From Verrucomicrobiota bacterium (GTDB lineage: Bacteria > Verrucomicrobiota > Verrucomicrobiia > Opitutales > Cerasicoccaceae), in NCBI GenBank assembly GCA_039818205.1, contig JBCBUK010000002.1, positions 1 through 64,000 on the forward strand: 64,000 nucleotides of DNA, in the 5' to 3' direction. The notes under the pieces were generated by a model, which saw nothing but the letters and a program-made list of their open reading frames with translations, was not told where the DNA came from and searched no databases. Positions 61,430 to 64,000 of the stretch are shown piece by piece (the first letter of the stretch is position 1; every line of letters starts with the position of its first letter). The position numbers and the translations under genes were made by a program.

Positions 61430-64000
61430 ATGCAACTGACTAGATTTTTCACGTGTTTCTCGAAAGCACTGCTACAGAGCGGTCGTTTTGTTCTCACGGC
61501 TTTTTTGATGCAATGTTTGATCACCACACCATTTGTGGTGTTGCCTGCAAGCGCGCAAACGGAACAGCCTCCCGCCGAACAGGAGGTGACCCCGGAGAAC
61601 GCTGGCGAGCAGGGAGAGCCCCCGGCAATTCAAGAAGAGCAGCTCGATCAGGAAGAGAATCTACCACAGGGAATGGGTTCGGTCGTTGGCCAGGTGATTG
61701 ACCAGGACACCGGCGAGTATGTCGGTGGTGTGCGCGTGGCGGTGGAATGGCCTTCCCAACAGTTTGCGGATTTCGGGCAAAATCAGCCTCAAGAAAAACT
61801 CGACCTGACTGACCAGGATGGTCGTTACCGCATCAATGATATTCCAGCGGGATTCTACTCGTTGGTGTTCACGAAAGACGGATATCAGCCAATCAAGATT
61901 ACGGACGTAGAAGTAACCGCCGGTGGCACGACGCGCAATGACATCCCTTTTAAGCCAGCTTCGGCTGAAAGCGCTGGGGAAGTCTTTCAATTGGATGACT
62001 TCACGGTTTCATCCGAGGCGTTAGGCGAATCCGGTGTGGCCCTTGAAGCCTTACGGAAACAGTCGGCTGCGTCCGTCGACTTCCTCACATCGGCTGACTT
62101 CTCGAAGTATGCGGCAACTGACATTGGTGACGTCGTAAACCGTATCCCGGGGGTGGTTGTTCAGGATGGTCAGTTCCCAATCGTTCGAGGGCTTTCTGAT
62201 CGCTATAGTAGCACCTTGATCAATGGCATCCCGGTTCCGAGCCCGGACCCGTTCCGTCAGTCGGTGCAGTTGGACTTGTTTCCAACAAGTATCATGGAGA
62301 ACGTCGTCGCGAACAAAACCTTTCTGCCCTACATGCCGAGTAACTCTTCCGGTGCGAATTTCGAACTGGCAACCAAGGCTTTTCCAGATGAATTCACGGT
62401 TTCGTTCAAGGGAGGCGTGCGCTTCAACGATAATGCTCAAGATGTATTCTTGCGTGACCCATCCTTTGGAACTCGAGATTTGCTTGGCTATGGGAAGTCT
62501 ACTCGCCCAGGATTGCCCGATACGGATAACCGAGCAAGTGTTGCGTCATCGCTCACCAATCAGTTTGGCGTTCGTTTCGGTGGGTCACCCGTTGGCACGA
62601 CTTTGGGCTTCAGCGTGGGAGACACGCATGAGATTTGGAATCGTCAGGTGGGAGTTGTTCTGGCGGCCAGCTATGACAGCAAATACACGACCCGGATCGG
62701 ATTCCAGCAAGACCGCTTTGGCACTCGCAGTGGAACCAATCCAGACTGGCGGAGCATACCAGGTGCACGTCCTCCGGGCATTCCACCAGGCTTTATCCCA
62801 GACGGTACCCGCGGTGGTGAAGCCTTTGAGTTAGCGTTTCAACCCGGTTCGATGTATTTCGGCCGTCTGGATGCAACTGACCTCAACTACCAAACCATCC
62901 AGTCCGTTGGAACCGTGTTGGTGGGAGCGCTCGCCGGAGTCAGTGCCCATTTGGACCCAGAGGGGAACAATCAGCTTAGCTTCGTGACGCTCTACAGTAA
63001 CGTCGCAACCGATACCGTTCAGCAACGTGGTTTTGGCTACGTTCCTGGTGGTGGTTTGGAGTGGATTGATTCAAGCTCGGGATTGGACGTCATTGGTGGC
63101 GGCGGCACGGGATTCGTTTTCAACGAAGTCACGCAGTACGAGGAACGAAATCTCACCTCGTTTCAGTTGCTCGGGGATCACAACATTGTCCAGCTGGATG
63201 ACCTCAAGATTAACTGGGCGCTGAGTCATTCGAAGACCTCAGCGGACATTCCCCACCAGACTGACTTTTCCTACCTCTACGATACGAATCCGGGAGATCA
63301 GGGTTTCTACACCGAGGTGTCGACGGACTTCGTGCCATTCTTGACCCAAACTTGGCGGAGTATCGACGAGAACCTTGATTTTGCCCGAATCGATCTCGAA
63401 TACGATTGGAAGTTTTTCAACGACCTGATCGGGAAAGCACGGGCCGGTTTCTTCTACGAAAATGCAAGCCGCTCTGTCGAGGCGACCTTGATTTCTTATA
63501 ACACCCAGGTTTCCAACTCGAGTCGCTTTGGGTCAGTCGACGAGCTCATCAACGCAAACACCAACGCTTTCAATCAGGCAGGCGATGCCGGTGCTGGAAC
63601 CGGTGTCGGTTTTGTGAGCCCATCGACCGCTGATACCACCCGAAAAATTCGCGCCGCCTACGCGATGATGGAATTTCCGGTTACTTCGGAGGTCAAAGCA
63701 ATTGGCGGTGCTCGATTCGAGCAGATCAATATGTTTGCCGAGGGGTCCAGTGGCCTTGGGTTTACGAATAACGTCGCATTTTGGAACCAGACGCCGCCGT
63801 TCAGCGGACCGAACAGCCCAACCAATGGCGAAATTCTAGGGATTACGAATCCGGGCGCCCCAGGTGTCATCGACACGACCCGCACCTTGCCCGCCGCGAC
63901 GATTATCTATGAACCCGAATGGGCTGAGGGGCTCACCATTCGCGGAGCATTTTCCAAAACGGTTGCGCGTCCCTCTTTCCGGGAGTTGGGACCATACTTC
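61430..64000 (+). CDS. TonB-dependent receptor with carboxypeptidase-regulatory-like N-terminal domain (runs off window)
   Basis: Translated by hand from ATG 61430 through the plug, and in frame at the window end: TDQDGRYRINDIPAGFY, plug RIPGV..VRGLSDRYSSTLING..QLDLFP, barrel end SKTVARPSFREL. Absent from the ORF track, consistent with no in-frame stop in the window. Confidence 0.9.
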   Translation, partial: MQLTRFFTCFSKALLQSGRFVLTAFLMQCLITTPFVVLPASAQTEQPPAEQEVTPENAGEQGEPPAIQEEQLDQEENLPQGMGSVVGQVIDQDTGEYVGGVRVAVEWPSQQFADFGQNQPQEKLDLTDQDGRYRINDIPAGFYSLVFTKDGYQPIKITDVEVTAGGTTRNDIPFKPASAESAGEVFQLDDFTVSSEALGESGVALEALRKQSAASVDFLTSADFSKYAATDIGDVVNRIPGVVVQDGQFPIVRGLSDRYSSTLINGIPVPSPDPFRQSVQLDLFPTSIMENVVANKTFLPYMPSNSSGANFELATKAFPDEFTVSFKGGVRFNDNAQDVFLRDPSFGTRDLLGYGKSTRPGLPDTDNRASVASSLTNQFGVRFGGSPVGTTLGFSVGDTHEIWNRQVGVVLAASYDSKYTTRIGFQQDRFGTRSGTNPDWRSIPGARPPGIPPGFIPDGTRGGEAFELAFQPGSMYFGRLDATDLNYQTIQSVGTVLVGALAGVSAHLDPEGNNQLSFVTLYSNVATDTVQQRGFGYVPGGGLEWIDSSSGLDVIGGGGTGFVFNEVTQYEERNLTSFQLLGDHNIVQLDDLKINWALSHSKTSADIPHQTDFSYLYDTNPGDQGFYTEVSTDFVPFLTQTWRSIDENLDFARIDLEYDWKFFNDLIGKARAGFFYENASRSVEATLISYNTQVSNSSRFGSVDELINANTNAFNQAGDAGAGTGVGFVSPSTADTTRKIRAAYAMMEFPVTSEVKAIGGARFEQINMFAEGSSGLGFTNNVAFWNQTPPFSGPNSPTNGEILGITNPGAPGVIDTTRTLPAATIIYEPEWAEGLTIRGAFSKTVARPSFRELGPYF

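Overview
64 kb of a bacterial chromosome. Gene content (PEP-CTERM protein, SHD1 domain, Tat-exported Gfo/Idh/MocA oxidoreductases, sulfatases, an ECF sigma factor with a long C-terminal extension) suggests a marine PVC-superphylum organism, probably Verrucomicrobia/Opitutales; this is an inference. From left to right: (1) 1-2368 looks like the right end of a genomic island bounded by a duplicated tRNA-Ser 3' end. It holds an integron gene cassette (clear attC, attI-like site, no integrase nearby), a stand-alone AP2-domain gene and a synthetase-only RelA/SpoT gene. (2) A membrane-anchored ECF sigma factor fused to ankyrin repeats, then an RND efflux pair. (3) A surface-polysaccharide cluster with sulfotransferase and deacetylase, ending at tRNA-Pro(TGG). 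(4) An accessory stretch with an arylsulfatase and a TetR/alpha-beta-hydrolase unit that has two palindromic operators. (5) About 18 kb of probable red-algal galactan genes: CBM92-like beta-trefoil protein, LamG/PEP-CTERM, AraC, oxidoreductases, sulfatase, DUF5060 protein, a protein made only of binding modules, and an SHD1-GH16 fusion. (6) Core genes: LysM, NUDIX, PfkB kinase, VIT1, histidine kinase, amidase, SMUG1-type UDG, carB. (7) A TtpC-type TonB operon ending in a TonB-dependent receptor cut by the window edge and missing from the ORF track. No rRNA, CRISPR array or transposase was seen. All family assignments come from motif recognition by eye; no database searches were run.
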